A stretch of DNA of 64,000 bases from Candidatus Calditenuis fumarioli (GCA_030059665.1 JANVYR010000001.1:224001-288000), one strand, 5' to 3'. Numbered from the stretch's first letter, positions 27,579 through 37,386 are shown. Numbers and translations: made by a program. Notes: generated from the letters alone by a model not told the origin.

Positions 27579-28127
27579 ATGTCCGTGCAGACCAAGAGGA
27601 GGAACGTCCTGAGGGCGCTGCTCTCGGTCGCGGTCCTCGCGGTGCTCGCGCCCTTCTCCGGACTGGCCAGGTACTTCTACAGGGAGTCGGCTTCCCAGTC
27701 CCAGCGGCAGAAGATAGCGAACGTCAACGACCTCAAGCCCGGATCCTACGTCTTCTTCTCCTATCCGAGGACCGGAGACCCGAAGATCGACGGCGACCCC
27801 TTCAGGCAGTACATCCTGCTGATGACTCGAGACGGCAAGATAAGGGCCTACAGCAGGGTGTGCGTCCACCTCTGGTGCCTGCCGACATACGCGTCCGACA
27901 GGGGCCTGCTTGTCTGTCCATGCCACGGCTCCATCTACCGCGAGGAGGACGGGGTGGCCATCGCGGGGCCCGCATCGCTCCAGCCCTATCCATACAACGC
28001 GCTACCGATGGTCAAGCTCGAGATAGACGGGAACGGTGACATCTACGCGGTCGGAATCGACGGACGCATCGGCCTCGGCCGCGAGTGGAGGAACAGATCA
28101 CCTGATGAGAACGTGGTGAGGGTGTGA
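27579..28127 (+). CDS. Rieske iron-sulfur protein with Tat-type signal
   Basis: KRRNVL plus a TM helix; CVHLWC and CPCHGS boxes. Likely start is ATG 27579. Confidence 0.92.
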   Translation: MSVQTKRRNVLRALLSVAVLAVLAPFSGLARYFYRESASQSQRQKIANVNDLKPGSYVFFSYPRTGDPKIDGDPFRQYILLMTRDGKIRAYSRVCVHLWCLPTYASDRGLLVCPCHGSIYREEDGVAIAGPASLQPYPYNALPMVKLEIDGNGDIYAVGIDGRIGLGREWRNRSPDENVVRV

Positions 28128-28128
28128 G

Positions 28129-29457
28129 ATGTCGAAGGAGTACAGGACCTTCAGGGAGGCCATCGATGCCCTGATCAAGTGGACCGTCGAACGCCTTGAG
28201 AGGACGCCCTTCGCCGCGTTCAAGTTCACCTTCCCGAAGCAGTACATCTCGCCCTTCGGGTACCTGGGCACGCTGACGGCCATAGTCTTCCTCATCCTAG
28301 GCGTATCGGGGGCCATCCTGATGTTCTACTACACGCCCTCGATAGACACCGCCTTCGCGAGCGTCAGGGAGATCCAGGAATCAGTGCCGTTCGGGTTCGT
28401 GATGAGGCAGATCCACTACCACGCCTCGAACTTCATGGTCCTCCTGGCGGTCTTCCACCTCTACTACCAGTACTTCTCCGGTCGCTACAAGATCAAGAAC
28501 GAGGTCCTCTGGGTCACGGGGATCATACTGGGGATCCTGACGGTGCTCGAGGCCTACACCGGGTACAACCTGATCCTGAACCAGCGGGCGATGCTGGCCA
28601 TCAACATCGGGATGGGCCTCACCTTCTCAGCTCCGGTTCTGGGGCCCTCCATCGCACCGATCCTGATGGGCGGCGGTTACTTCGACCTGATAGTCCGGTT
28701 CTACGCGCTCCACGTCTTCATAATACCGCTTCTGTTGCTTCTGCTCCTCACGGTCCACATCCCGAGGGCCCTGATCATAGACATGCCGATGATTCTGGGA
28801 GTTATAGGTGCCATCTTCGTGACGGCCGGCATGTTCCCCGCGGAGCTCGGGCTGAGGTTCGACCCGACGAAGGGCTCTGTTGAGGTGCCCGAGTGGTACC
28901 TGACCTCGATCTACGCCTTCCTCAGGACCGGTTCCGAGAGGTTCTGGGCCGGCGCGCTCCTTCCCCTGCTCTTCGCGATCTTCTTCCTGATCGTGCCGTT
29001 CGTGGACAAGTCCAAGAAGCTCTCCTGGAGGGACAGGCCCTTCTTCGCGGCCATGGGCATAGCCTCCATACTGATGATCATCGTCACAACGGTCTGGGGC
29101 TTCTACGTGGACTTCTCCAAGCTCACGGTCTTCGAGCAGCTCTACGTCGAGCCCGTCATCTACTACAGCTCCTTCGGCATCATCACGTTGATCAGCTTCT
29201 TCTTCACCTACAGGTACCTGACGAAGCCTAGGGGGAGGCCCACGCCAGCGAAGCCTCTTGTTCTCTCGCCGAGAGCTGGGACTGCAGGCGTCGTGATCAC
29301 GCTGTTGCTGGTGGTCGCCTTCAGCTGGCTCGCGGTCCTCACGTACCTCGAGAACATGCCGAACATCTCGATGTTCAACATGGGCATGTCGATGATCATG
29401 CTAGGGCTGATGCTGCACATCTACCGTCACACGGCATCCGCTGCCGCCAAGACCTGA
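28129..29457 (+). CDS. Cytochrome b of a bc-type complex, with extra C-terminal helices
   Basis: IHYHASN, FHL, LHVF heme ligands and PEWY motif; directly follows the Rieske gene. Confidence 0.9.
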   Translation: MSKEYRTFREAIDALIKWTVERLERTPFAAFKFTFPKQYISPFGYLGTLTAIVFLILGVSGAILMFYYTPSIDTAFASVREIQESVPFGFVMRQIHYHASNFMVLLAVFHLYYQYFSGRYKIKNEVLWVTGIILGILTVLEAYTGYNLILNQRAMLAINIGMGLTFSAPVLGPSIAPILMGGGYFDLIVRFYALHVFIIPLLLLLLLTVHIPRALIIDMPMILGVIGAIFVTAGMFPAELGLRFDPTKGSVEVPEWYLTSIYAFLRTGSERFWAGALLPLLFAIFFLIVPFVDKSKKLSWRDRPFFAAMGIASILMIIVTTVWGFYVDFSKLTVFEQLYVEPVIYYSSFGIITLISFFFTYRYLTKPRGRPTPAKPLVLSPRAGTAGVVITLLLVVAFSWLAVLTYLENMPNISMFNMGMSMIMLGLMLHIYRHTASAAAKT

Positions 29458-29799
29458 CCTCATTGGTCCTTCTGCGATCGGGACGTTTGCCCTAGGAGAG
29501 ACGGACGCAGAGGGTGCTCGCCTATAGAGCGACGCCCAACTGGAACTGCATCACCCGTCACCGCGTGATCTGCCGAGACGGTTGGCGATGAGACGGTGCT
29601 CGCTTGCCACGGTTCTTATGAGAGCCGAGGTCTTACCAGCCGAAGATGGATGTCCTTCGCGGGTGGAAGATGACCTTCGGGAACGGGGGATCAAAGGGGC
29701 GATTGGCGGTATGAGCAAGTCCGTTCGGCTCACTCTGGAGACCTAAGGGCCCGCACGGCGCTGGGTCCTGTCACCGGAGGTGCGGTGGGCTCCCCGGGC

Positions 29800-30447
29800 T
29801 TAGAGCCTGATCAATTCGGCCCTCACTTCCTGACCGGATATCTCGAGGATGGCTGCGTTGCCGGACTTGGCAGGTCCGGCGTTCACAACCGTCGTCTTCC
29901 CCAATTTCGAGACGCTCCGGGCTTCGTGGATGTGGCCGCATGAGACCGCCAGAGGCTCCGACCTCTCGCAGTACTCCCTCACGGTCAGGCTGCCGACGTG
30001 CGCTCCTCCCAGGAAGTCGGCCGAGGTCCCGTGGGGCGGCGTGTGGGACACCAGCAGGTCCACCTTCCCTACCCGGTCCAGGACCTCCCCGATCTGCTGC
30101 TCCGTCAGGTCGATCCAGCTTTTCGGACCCCCAGCGAGCCCTCCACCCACGCCGCCCACCCTCAGACCACCGACGGTCACCGTGCGGCCGTGCAGATTGG
30201 TGACGCCGTCTAGCCCCACGTCGCTCCTCAGCAGCTCCGGAGGGTCGCAGTTCCCCGGGACGTACAACACCTGTATCCCCGAGGAGGAGAGGATCGTGAG
30301 GACGCGACGGACCTCCTCTACCGTGCCGAAGGTGGTCAGGTCTCCAGCGACCACGATGAGCTCAACGCCCTCCCTCCTGGCGAGCTCCGATGCGGCGGAC
30401 GCAGCCCTCATGCTGCCGTGAACGTCGCTTATCTGGAGGACCCTCAT
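29800..30447 (-). CDS. Metallophosphoesterase (Icc-related)
   Basis: SDVHG, AGDL, PGNCD, HTPP and CGHIHE. Confidence 0.9.
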   Translation of the reverse strand: MRVLQISDVHGSMRAASAASELARREGVELIVVAGDLTTFGTVEEVRRVLTILSSSGIQVLYVPGNCDPPELLRSDVGLDGVTNLHGRTVTVGGLRVGGVGGGLAGGPKSWIDLTEQQIGEVLDRVGKVDLLVSHTPPHGTSADFLGGAHVGSLTVREYCERSEPLAVSCGHIHEARSVSKLGKTTVVNAGPAKSGNAAILEISGQEVRAELIRL

Positions 30448-30479
30448 CCGTCACCGTGCTCAGGAGCCGTTCATTAAGT

Positions 30480-31841
30480 TCATGCGGGCAGTCCGAGTGA
30501 CCGGAGAAGCTGTATGTGCGCGTCGGACCTTACCGGGTAGTAGGCGAAGAACCAGAAGGCTGTGGCTGCCAGCAGGAGCAGAAGGACCGCCCTCTCGAAC
30601 CTGCCCTGCAGGAGGAGACGGACAGCGCCCAGCGCGAGGAAAGGAACGACCTGGTAGAAGTAGAACGGGTAGACCCAGCGGTGGGCCAGGTACGCAAGCG
30701 GGAAGTAGACCAGGTAGTTCAGGCCGAACCAGCAAGCCAGGAGCAGGTCGAGCCTGTGGGGGTCAGCGGAGGGGTCGTCGCCGCGGGCCACCTGCCTCCA
30801 CGCCGAGATGACCCCTCTCACGAGGAAGTACGCCATAACGACCCAGCTCGTCCACCAGAGGGGAGCGGCCATTCCGTAGTAGGCCACGGGTCTGTAGGAG
30901 GTCCCGTCGACGGAGACGGTCACCACGTAGAACCCCATGGGCTGGAAGGTAACGCCCGGAAGGGTCCAGCTCAAGGGCAGATCCACCTTAACTGTGGTTC
31001 CGTCTTGGTTGGCGTGGACGCAGTAGAATGGATTCATGCCTCCGAGGCAGTTGAAGGTCAGCGAGGAGTGGTAGCTGAGGATGAAGTCGAGGTGCGCGAG
31101 CGGCGTGGGGAACGCACCGAGGTACGCGTCGTAGAGAGCCAGTCCAGATACCATGACGGATGCGCTGATGAGCACCAGGAGGTACGCTCCCCTCACCCCA
31201 GCGTAGAGACGCTCCGCCACGTTCGGTCCCCTCGAGGACCTGAGGAGCTCGTAGAGCACTAAAGCTCCGACCCCGAAGACGGCCGAGGCCTTCGTCAGGA
31301 GGGCGAGGCCCATGACCAGCCCGGAGAGCAGGGTCTTCCTCCTGAGGAGGAGGTAGGCGCTGAGGAGGAGGAAGAGGTTCGTTGGCGGGTCGAGGACGCC
31401 TATCGAGCTGAGGTTGAAGGAGGTCACGTCGGCCGCGTAAAGGAAGGCGACCGCGAGCCCGGCCCAGCCTGATCCCAGCAGCAGAGCCGCCAGGCGGTAA
31501 AGGACGTACACGCTGAGGGTGCCGGTGATCACGGAGCTGATCCTCCAGCCATACGGGTTGTCGCCGAGGACGGTCATGCCGAGCTGCATCAGCCACTTCG
31601 ATAGGGGTGGGTGCTCGTTGTTCGCGGGCCTCCCGGCCATCATCTCCCTGACCGCAGGGACGTAGTGCGCCTCATCGAAGACGAAGCTGCACTTCTCCTT
31701 TGCAACCCTGCAGGCCTCGAGGTCCTCCGGCCAGGGCGTTCCGATGATGGTGAGGTGGAGGAGCAGGAAGAAGAGCGTCATCGCGACGGCGATCAGGTGC
31801 GTGTCCGCGGACCTCAGCGTCCCGACTGCCCGTCTGATCAC
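30480..31841 (-). CDS. GT-C/PMT-like membrane glycosyltransferase (family 39-like)
   Basis: FDEAHYV, NNEHPPLSK, YGWR and multiple TM helices. Confidence 0.82.
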   Translation of the reverse strand: MIRRAVGTLRSADTHLIAVAMTLFFLLLHLTIIGTPWPEDLEACRVAKEKCSFVFDEAHYVPAVREMMAGRPANNEHPPLSKWLMQLGMTVLGDNPYGWRISSVITGTLSVYVLYRLAALLLGSGWAGLAVAFLYAADVTSFNLSSIGVLDPPTNLFLLLSAYLLLRRKTLLSGLVMGLALLTKASAVFGVGALVLYELLRSSRGPNVAERLYAGVRGAYLLVLISASVMVSGLALYDAYLGAFPTPLAHLDFILSYHSSLTFNCLGGMNPFYCVHANQDGTTVKVDLPLSWTLPGVTFQPMGFYVVTVSVDGTSYRPVAYYGMAAPLWWTSWVVMAYFLVRGVISAWRQVARGDDPSADPHRLDLLLACWFGLNYLVYFPLAYLAHRWVYPFYFYQVVPFLALGAVRLLLQGRFERAVLLLLLAATAFWFFAYYPVRSDAHIQLLRSLGLPA

Positions 31842-31872
31842 GCGCTTATGCCCGCGTGGCTAGATTTAGGGC

Positions 31873-32313
31873 GTGCTCGGCACCGGAAGGTGCGTGGAGT
31901 GCGAGCTGTACATCGACGGCGCATCGCTCGGCAACCCCGGGCCTGCGGGATACGGGTACGTGATCCGGTGCGAGGACGGCATCCATAAGGCCTCCGGCCA
32001 CATAGGGGTGACCACCAACAACGTCGCGGAGTACAGGGCCCTGATCGAGGGCCTGAGAAGGTGCCTCGAGCTCGGGTGCAGGAGGGTCAGGGTGTGTTCT
32101 GACAGCGAGCTCCTAGTCAAGCAGCTGCGTGGCGATTACAGGGTCAGGAGCAGGAACCTGATCGCGCTGCACGGAGAGGCGCTGGAGCTGATGCGGTCCT
32201 TCGAGTCCGTGGAGGTGGTCCACGTTTCGAGGGAACTGAACGTGGAGGCAGACCGCCTCGCGAAGAGCGCCGCGAAGACGGGGACTGGGGAGACGAGGTC
32301 TCGAGGACGGTGA
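31873..32313 (+). CDS. rnhA: Ribonuclease HI
   Basis: IDGASLGNPG, TNNVAEY, SDSEL and RELNVEADRLA. Confidence 0.92.
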   Translation: MLGTGRCVECELYIDGASLGNPGPAGYGYVIRCEDGIHKASGHIGVTTNNVAEYRALIEGLRRCLELGCRRVRVCSDSELLVKQLRGDYRVRSRNLIALHGEALELMRSFESVEVVHVSRELNVEADRLAKSAAKTGTGETRSRGR

Positions 32314-32654
32314 GCCGGGATCAGGTAGATGAGCGGCCGTGCAGCGACCGGGACGAAATGACCAAGTACATAATCGGCGCCACGGCGGTCAAGATGGTCA
32401 GGACCGGGCTGGAGGTCTACAGGGACTTCCTGATGTCGTTCTCAGAGCGGTTCATGGGAGGGCACAACGTTCCGCGGGAGGACAAGGAGGCCGTCCACCT
32501 CGAGGTGAGCTGGGTGGAGGAACTCCTCTCGAGGCTTCCTCAGGACAGGGAGCTGGTCCTGGAAAACCCCAAGGCGACGGAGCTGGAGAGGCTCAGGGTC
32601 GGTCTGGAGGTCTTCAGAACGCTGGCCGAGTACTCTAAGTCGAGGCTGAGCTAG
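32310..32654 (+). CDS. Hypothetical protein
   Basis: 114-aa ORF with host-like codon use that overlaps the rnhA stop (GTGA). Confidence 0.55.
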   Translation: MSRDQVDERPCSDRDEMTKYIIGATAVKMVRTGLEVYRDFLMSFSERFMGGHNVPREDKEAVHLEVSWVEELLSRLPQDRELVLENPKATELERLRVGLEVFRTLAEYSKSRLS

Positions 32655-32746
32655 GTCCGGCCGGGAGCGCCGCTGAAGGATCTGAACTCAGCTCTGAAGA
32701 GGGTCTCGGAGGAGCTCGAGTCTCCGAGGTTCGCGGTGGAGCAGCG

Positions 32747-33445
32747 TCAGGAGGCCTGAGCCCATACGCGCTCGAACTCCCGGGCGAAGGCCCTCGCGAC
32801 CTCCCTGTCGTAGATGACCACGACGTTCTCGTCGTTCTCGTCCTCCGCGGACGCAGTGAAGTTGTAGCTCCCGGTGATCACCGTCTCGTCGTCGATCACC
32901 ACGAACTTGTGGTGCATCAATTCCGAATTGCCGTCGAGCCTCACGTCGATGCCCGCGCTCTTCAGCCGCTGGTACTCGGACCCTCTGACGTCGGCCTGTT
33001 GCCGCTCGATGACGACCCTCACCTCGACGCCCCTCTGGTGTGCCCTGATGAGGGCTTCCGCAATCGGGTCGCTGGTGAACGAGTAGACCGCGACAAGAAC
33101 CCTGCTCTTGGCCGAGTCTATCAATGAGACTATCAGGGAGGCGCAGTTCATCGTCTTCGAGAAGCAGACCTCCCCCACTCCCCCGACAACTCGGGTGAAC
33201 GTCGTCGTCACGGTTGCAACGCTCGTGCTCACCACGGTCCGCGTGACTCCCACCGTGGTCGTCATGAGCGCCGTCTGGGTGACGGTACCTCCGGGCCTGG
33301 TAACGGTGGTCGTCGCGAGGGTCCTGATGGTCTCGGTGACCGTGACCGTGCCCCTGCCGTAGGCGCCGGCCGCGAAGCCCGCGACGAAGCCGAGGATCAG
33401 CACCGCGACGACTAGGACGGCAGATACCCCAGCGGTCCTGCTCAT
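32747..33445 (-). CDS. Membrane-anchored phospholipase D-family nuclease (single HKD)
   Basis: N-terminal TM helix, Thr-rich linker and MHHKFVVIDDETVITGSYNFT. True start is ATG 33445. Confidence 0.88.
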   Translation of the reverse strand: MSRTAGVSAVLVVAVLILGFVAGFAAGAYGRGTVTVTETIRTLATTTVTRPGGTVTQTALMTTTVGVTRTVVSTSVATVTTTFTRVVGGVGEVCFSKTMNCASLIVSLIDSAKSRVLVAVYSFTSDPIAEALIRAHQRGVEVRVVIERQQADVRGSEYQRLKSAGIDVRLDGNSELMHHKFVVIDDETVITGSYNFTASAEDENDENVVVIYDREVARAFAREFERVWAQAS

Positions 33446-33539
33446 GCGCTTCCCAACCCCTCGCTTTATTTCAACGTCCCGGACCTCCGAAGCATAGAAC
33501 TGGTTAAGGAATTTCTGAAGGATCGGGGTTTCGATCTGC

Positions 33540-34757
33540 GTGCAGCCCGCCAGGCGCGTCGAGCTCCAGAGGGGCCAGACGCTGCTGATGAAGGGCCCTG
33601 CTTCGGCGAGGTGCGTGGCCGGTAGCGTGGACGTCTTCGGGTACAGGCCCACGTCCCGGGAGCTGATGGTGGCGAGGCCCTGGAAGACGCTGCCGATCCA
33701 CGCGCTCGAGGACTCGGTGCTCGAGGTCAGTGCCGGACCGGGGAGCTCGACGGAGCTGCTGGACTTCGACGCGATCCCCAGGGAGTGGAGGGAGCTGCCG
33801 GAGAAACTCGGTAAAGAGTTCAGGGTCGCGTTCCTCGGCCGGGTCGACTCGGGCAAGACCTCGTTCCTCCTGCTCTCCCTGAACAGCAGGGTTGGAGAGG
33901 GTCCGGTGACGGTGGTAGATCTGGACGTCGGCCAGCCGGAGCTCTGCCCTCCCACGACCTTCGCCGTGGCAGAGGCGCGCGCACCCACCTACAGGCTCTC
34001 CTCCGTGAACGCGGCTGCCGTGTACCCCTTCGGGTTCACCTCGCCCTCCTACGCGATCTCGCGGTCCGTGGAGCTGATCAGGAGGCACATGGGCCGCCTC
34101 GCGGAGTCGGAAAGGGTCCTGCTGAACCTGGACGGGTGGGTGGACGGTGAGGAGGCCCTACACCACAAGGCCTCCATCGTCAGGGCCCTGAGGCCGACCG
34201 ACGTGGTCGCGATCGAGGCAGAGGTGTCCGGGGAGCTGCGGGAGGCCTGCGACGAGGTCGGCGCGGAGGTCCACCGGGTCGAGCGTCCCCCAACGGTCCC
34301 CAGGAGGGACAAGGAGGAGAGGAAGCGGGCAAGGGAGATGGGCTACGCGTCGGCGTTGAGGGGTGCCTCGCTGCGCCAGACGGTCAAGTCCTGGGTGACT
34401 TACTACCCGGTCAACTCGGACGACCCCATCCGCGATCCCGAGCTGTACCTGCTTGAGGTGATGAAGGACATCGAGACGAGGAGCCTGGACATCGGTCTGG
34501 ACCTGCCGGAGGATTACGGAACCGAGCCTGACCTCGGCAGAGCAGGTGCGGGCCTGCTTTCGTACGTGACCGACGAGGAGGGGAAGGTCCTGGGGCTGGC
34601 GCTGCTGGTGGGGTTCTCCAGGGAGAGGAACCTGGTGAGGCTGCTCACCAACCACCAGGGACCGATCCGGCACCTCAGGCTGGGGGCCGTGGTCCTCTCG
34701 CAGGGGTTCGAGGAGCTCTGCGTCGTGAGCCCGCCGGCTCTCAGGACCGGGAGCTGA
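33540..34757 (+). CDS. Clp1/Grc3-family polynucleotide 5'-kinase
   Basis: GRVDSGKTS, DLDVGQ..CPP, NLDGWV and a C-terminal RKRAR segment. Confidence 0.8.
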   Translation: MQPARRVELQRGQTLLMKGPASARCVAGSVDVFGYRPTSRELMVARPWKTLPIHALEDSVLEVSAGPGSSTELLDFDAIPREWRELPEKLGKEFRVAFLGRVDSGKTSFLLLSLNSRVGEGPVTVVDLDVGQPELCPPTTFAVAEARAPTYRLSSVNAAAVYPFGFTSPSYAISRSVELIRRHMGRLAESERVLLNLDGWVDGEEALHHKASIVRALRPTDVVAIEAEVSGELREACDEVGAEVHRVERPPTVPRRDKEERKRAREMGYASALRGASLRQTVKSWVTYYPVNSDDPIRDPELYLLEVMKDIETRSLDIGLDLPEDYGTEPDLGRAGAGLLSYVTDEEGKVLGLALLVGFSRERNLVRLLTNHQGPIRHLRLGAVVLSQGFEELCVVSPPALRTGS

Positions 34758-35199
34758 GACCGGTGCCCTCCTCCACTATCTCCATCGGCTCCTGCTCGAA
34801 CCTCCGCAGGACTCCGTCCAGCCTCCAGGCGGCAATACCCCTCACCTCATTCCCCGAGACGGAGGCGATCACGTAGGTGAACCCAGGGAAAGCGTGCTCC
34901 AGGTCGTAGGCGCTCGGTATCGCCGGGTAGTCCGGGTGGCTGTGGAAGACGCCGATGACGATCCGGCCCCTCTGGGCCTCCTCCCTCTCCACCGCCATGT
35001 ACTCAAGGGGGTCTATCGAGTACCTCGTCCGGCGGGTTCCGTTGAAGGCGTTCCTCATGGGCACCACCCGCTCCACCACCCTCACGCCGTCGACGACCCT
35101 CCCCACCAGCAGCCCGCACCCCTCCTCTGGGTATGCCCTGATCAGGTGGTTCAGCATCTCGTCGAGGAGGCGTCTCGGGATCCGGATCATCCGGTTCAC
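34741..35199 (-). CDS. JAMM/MPN+ metalloprotease
   Basis: YPEEGCG and HSHPDYPAIPSAYD (HxH-x7-S-x2-D). Confidence 0.92.
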   Translation of the reverse strand: MNRMIRIPRRLLDEMLNHLIRAYPEEGCGLLVGRVVDGVRVVERVVPMRNAFNGTRRTRYSIDPLEYMAVEREEAQRGRIVIGVFHSHPDYPAIPSAYDLEHAFPGFTYVIASVSGNEVRGIAAWRLDGVLRRFEQEPMEIVEEGTGLSSRS

Positions 35200-35316
35200 A
35201 GCCCTCCTGCGGTTTCTATAAATCTTGACCGAGGAGGCACACCGGTTCCTGGGAAGCCACAGCGACGCCCTTCAACCAAACTTTATAGCCCACAACTCAC
35301 CTCGTGAGTTGGGATC

Positions 35317-35610
35317 ATGATACAGGGTCTCGAGTGGGTCATCGTCCTCGTCGTGGTACTGGTGCTGTTCCTCTGGGGTCCCGAGAAGCTGCCCAAACTG
35401 GCTAGGGCCGTGGGGCAGGCCAAGAGGGAGTTCGAGAAGGCGAGCAGGGAGGTCCAGGAGGAGCTGACGAGACCGTCCGCTGAAACCTCTCGGGCCGGTG
35501 GTTCCAACGATATAATCCAGATCGCGAGGTCCCTCGGGATCGAGACCGAGGGGAAGACCAGGGAGCAGATAGCCGACGAGATCGCTGCCAAGCTGAAGAA
35601 GGCAACGTAG
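35317..35610 (+). CDS. tatA: Twin-arginine translocase TatA/E subunit
   Basis: TM helix, WGPEKLPKLARAVGQAKREF and C-terminal LGIETEGKT. Confidence 0.92.
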   Translation: MIQGLEWVIVLVVVLVLFLWGPEKLPKLARAVGQAKREFEKASREVQEELTRPSAETSRAGGSNDIIQIARSLGIETEGKTREQIADEIAAKLKKAT

Positions 35611-35613
35611 GCC

Positions 35614-35865
35614 ATGCTCTCTCCGCTCGAGCTAGTGTTCATCGTGGCCGTCATCGCGTTCCTTTGGGTGCTGCTGAAGCCAGACGTCATCGTGAAGTGG
35701 GCCCGCGGTCTGGGGAGGCTAGCGGGTGAGGTGAGGAGGGGCCAGGAGGAGGACGACCTCATCCGGGTCGCAAGGGAGCTGGGGATCGAGACGGAGGGCA
35801 AGGAAAGAGGGGAGATCCTCGAGGAAGTGGAGAGGAGGCTCAGGTCCAGCTCTAAAGGGGCCTGA
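35614..35865 (+). CDS. Second TatA/B-like subunit
   Basis: TM helix, ARGLGR amphipathic helix and the same LGIETEGK tail as the upstream gene. Confidence 0.75.
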   Translation: MLSPLELVFIVAVIAFLWVLLKPDVIVKWARGLGRLAGEVRRGQEEDDLIRVARELGIETEGKERGEILEEVERRLRSSSKGA

Positions 35866-35907
35866 AAGGAAAAAATCCGAACGGGTGTTTTGGCCGTTCT
35901 CCTCAGC

Positions 35908-36093
35908 TCAGCCGGTCGGCGTCGGCGGCTTCTCGGCAGGTGCCTTCTCCGCTGGCGGCTTCTCTGCCTTGGCGACCTTCTTGGCAGCCTTCTTCACCGC
36001 TCTCTTGGCGCCCTTCGCAGCCTTCTTGGCTCCCTTCTTAGCAGCCCTTCCCATCTTCTTCCCACCCTTCTTCGCAGACTTCTTGGCGGGCAT
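35908..36093 (-). CDS. Small Lys/Ala-rich basic protein (histone H1 tail-like)
   Basis: 61 aa with 20 Lys. GTGGTGA SD-like motif and AT-rich promoter upstream; A-run (T-run on minus) downstream. Confidence 0.7.
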   Translation of the reverse strand: MPAKKSAKKGGKKMGRAAKKGAKKAAKGAKRAVKKAAKKVAKAEKPPAEKAPAEKPPTPTG

Positions 36094-36162
36094 CGTTCAC
36101 CACTCACGATTTATTGTAAAACATTGGTATAAGAATCTTCTGCAACGCGCGGTGAATGTGGA

Positions 36163-36768
36163 ATGAGGTTCGGTGTGCTGGTGCTGGCAGCTGGGGGATC
36201 CACCAGGATGAGGGGCAGGTTCAAGCTGCTGGAGGACCTCGGGGGCAGGCCGGTGGTCAGGTGGGCAGTGGAGGCGGCGATGGGTTCAGGCTGCAGGCCC
36301 GTGATGGTCGTGCTCGGAGCCAGGGCGGAGGAGGTGAGGAGGGTGCTTCCTGAAACGGTCGAGGTCGTGGTGAACGAGGCCTGGCGTGAGGGGATGTCCA
36401 GCAGCATCAGGGCCGGCGTGGGATCGCTGCCTCCTGGAACCGGTGGGGTCGTGATTTGCCTCGGTGACATGCCCTTCGTCACGCCGGGGACCATCGATCG
36501 ACTGGCTTCGGCCGCAGCCGAGCACGGGATAGCCTACTGCAGGTCGGGCGAAGAGGTGAGGAGCCCATCCGCGTTCAGGTCCGAGTTCTTCGGAGATCTC
36601 CTCCGGCTGAGGGGTGACGCGGGCGCCAAGGACGTGATCAGGCGGAACCCCAGCAGGGCGGTTGGTGTCGATGTGGACCCGGTGGAGCTGCTGGACGTAG
36701 ACACCGAGGAGGAGCTTGAGGCCGCAAGGAGGATAGCACAGGAAAGGGGACTGGGGTGGAAAAGATAG
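36163..36768 (+). CDS. mocA: Molybdenum cofactor cytidylyltransferase-like NTP transferase
   Basis: LAAGGSTRM..K, EGMSSSI, LGDMP, GDAGAK and DVDT. Confidence 0.82.
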   Translation: MRFGVLVLAAGGSTRMRGRFKLLEDLGGRPVVRWAVEAAMGSGCRPVMVVLGARAEEVRRVLPETVEVVVNEAWREGMSSSIRAGVGSLPPGTGGVVICLGDMPFVTPGTIDRLASAAAEHGIAYCRSGEEVRSPSAFRSEFFGDLLRLRGDAGAKDVIRRNPSRAVGVDVDPVELLDVDTEEELEAARRIAQERGLGWKR

Positions 36769-36807
36769 CCCAAAAAAGGTATGGTGGTCCCAGGATGCTG
36801 ACGGTCG

Positions 36808-37386
36808 TCAGGTCTTCCTGCGCCAGGCGAGGACGTACCCGAGTCCGCCGGCCAGCACGCCGATCCCCAGTATGATGATGAACACCGCTATCCAGAGCGG
36901 GTAGCCTCCGGGGATGGAGTAGAAGACTTTCTCGTGGACCTCCTGAACCGTCCACCCCTTGCCTCCGACCGCGGGCGGCAGCATGGCGGCCCCTGCCAGG
37001 TACCCTCCGATCATCATCAGCCAGGTAGCTCCTATGACGCCTACGTTCATGAAGATCAGGTGTATCCATGCCAGCAGGTTGAGCGAGCCGGAGTAGGGCT
37101 TACCCAGGGTCACCTCGATGTGGTGGTAGAACAGCGCGGTCACCGCAACGCCGATGACGCCGACGATCAGGTAGGTGACGTACCCGACCGTGAACCAGGT
37201 CCCTGCGCTGCCACCCGCGATGACCCTCGAGACCTCTGGCTTCAGCCACGCGAACTGACCTAGGACGAAGTAGGCCGTGAGGATCAGCGCCAGCGCCCCC
37301 TGCACGATCGCCGCAGCGATGAACCGGTTAGCCCAGGTGGAGACGCGACCGGACATACCCATCACCCGCACCATTTGATATGCCAT
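36808..37386 (-). CDS. Conserved-type membrane protein (4 TM)
   Basis: Hydrophobic 192-aa ORF with IAGGSAGTW and AWIHL motifs; function not recognised. Confidence 0.7.
   Translation of the reverse strand: MAYQMVRVMGMSGRVSTWANRFIAAAIVQGALALILTAYFVLGQFAWLKPEVSRVIAGGSAGTWFTVGYVTYLIVGVIGVAVTALFYHHIEVTLGKPYSGSLNLLAWIHLIFMNVGVIGATWLMMIGGYLAGAAMLPPAVGGKGWTVQEVHEKVFYSIPGGYPLWIAVFIIILGIGVLAGGLGYVLAWRRKT

Noticed and set aside
29460-29800. 340-nt unassigned gap as RNase P/SRP RNA or an HNH fragment (EHRLIANRLGR)
   Set aside because: RNase P and SRP consensus motifs are absent. The short ORFs on both strands lack supporting motifs.
32700-32735. Hairpin CTCGGAG...CTCCGAG between convergent genes
   Set aside because: Short GC-rich stem consistent with an ordinary terminator or chance.
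33200-33350. Thr/Val-rich repetitive tract as a DNA repeat element
   Set aside because: It is a low-complexity protein linker within the PLD gene.
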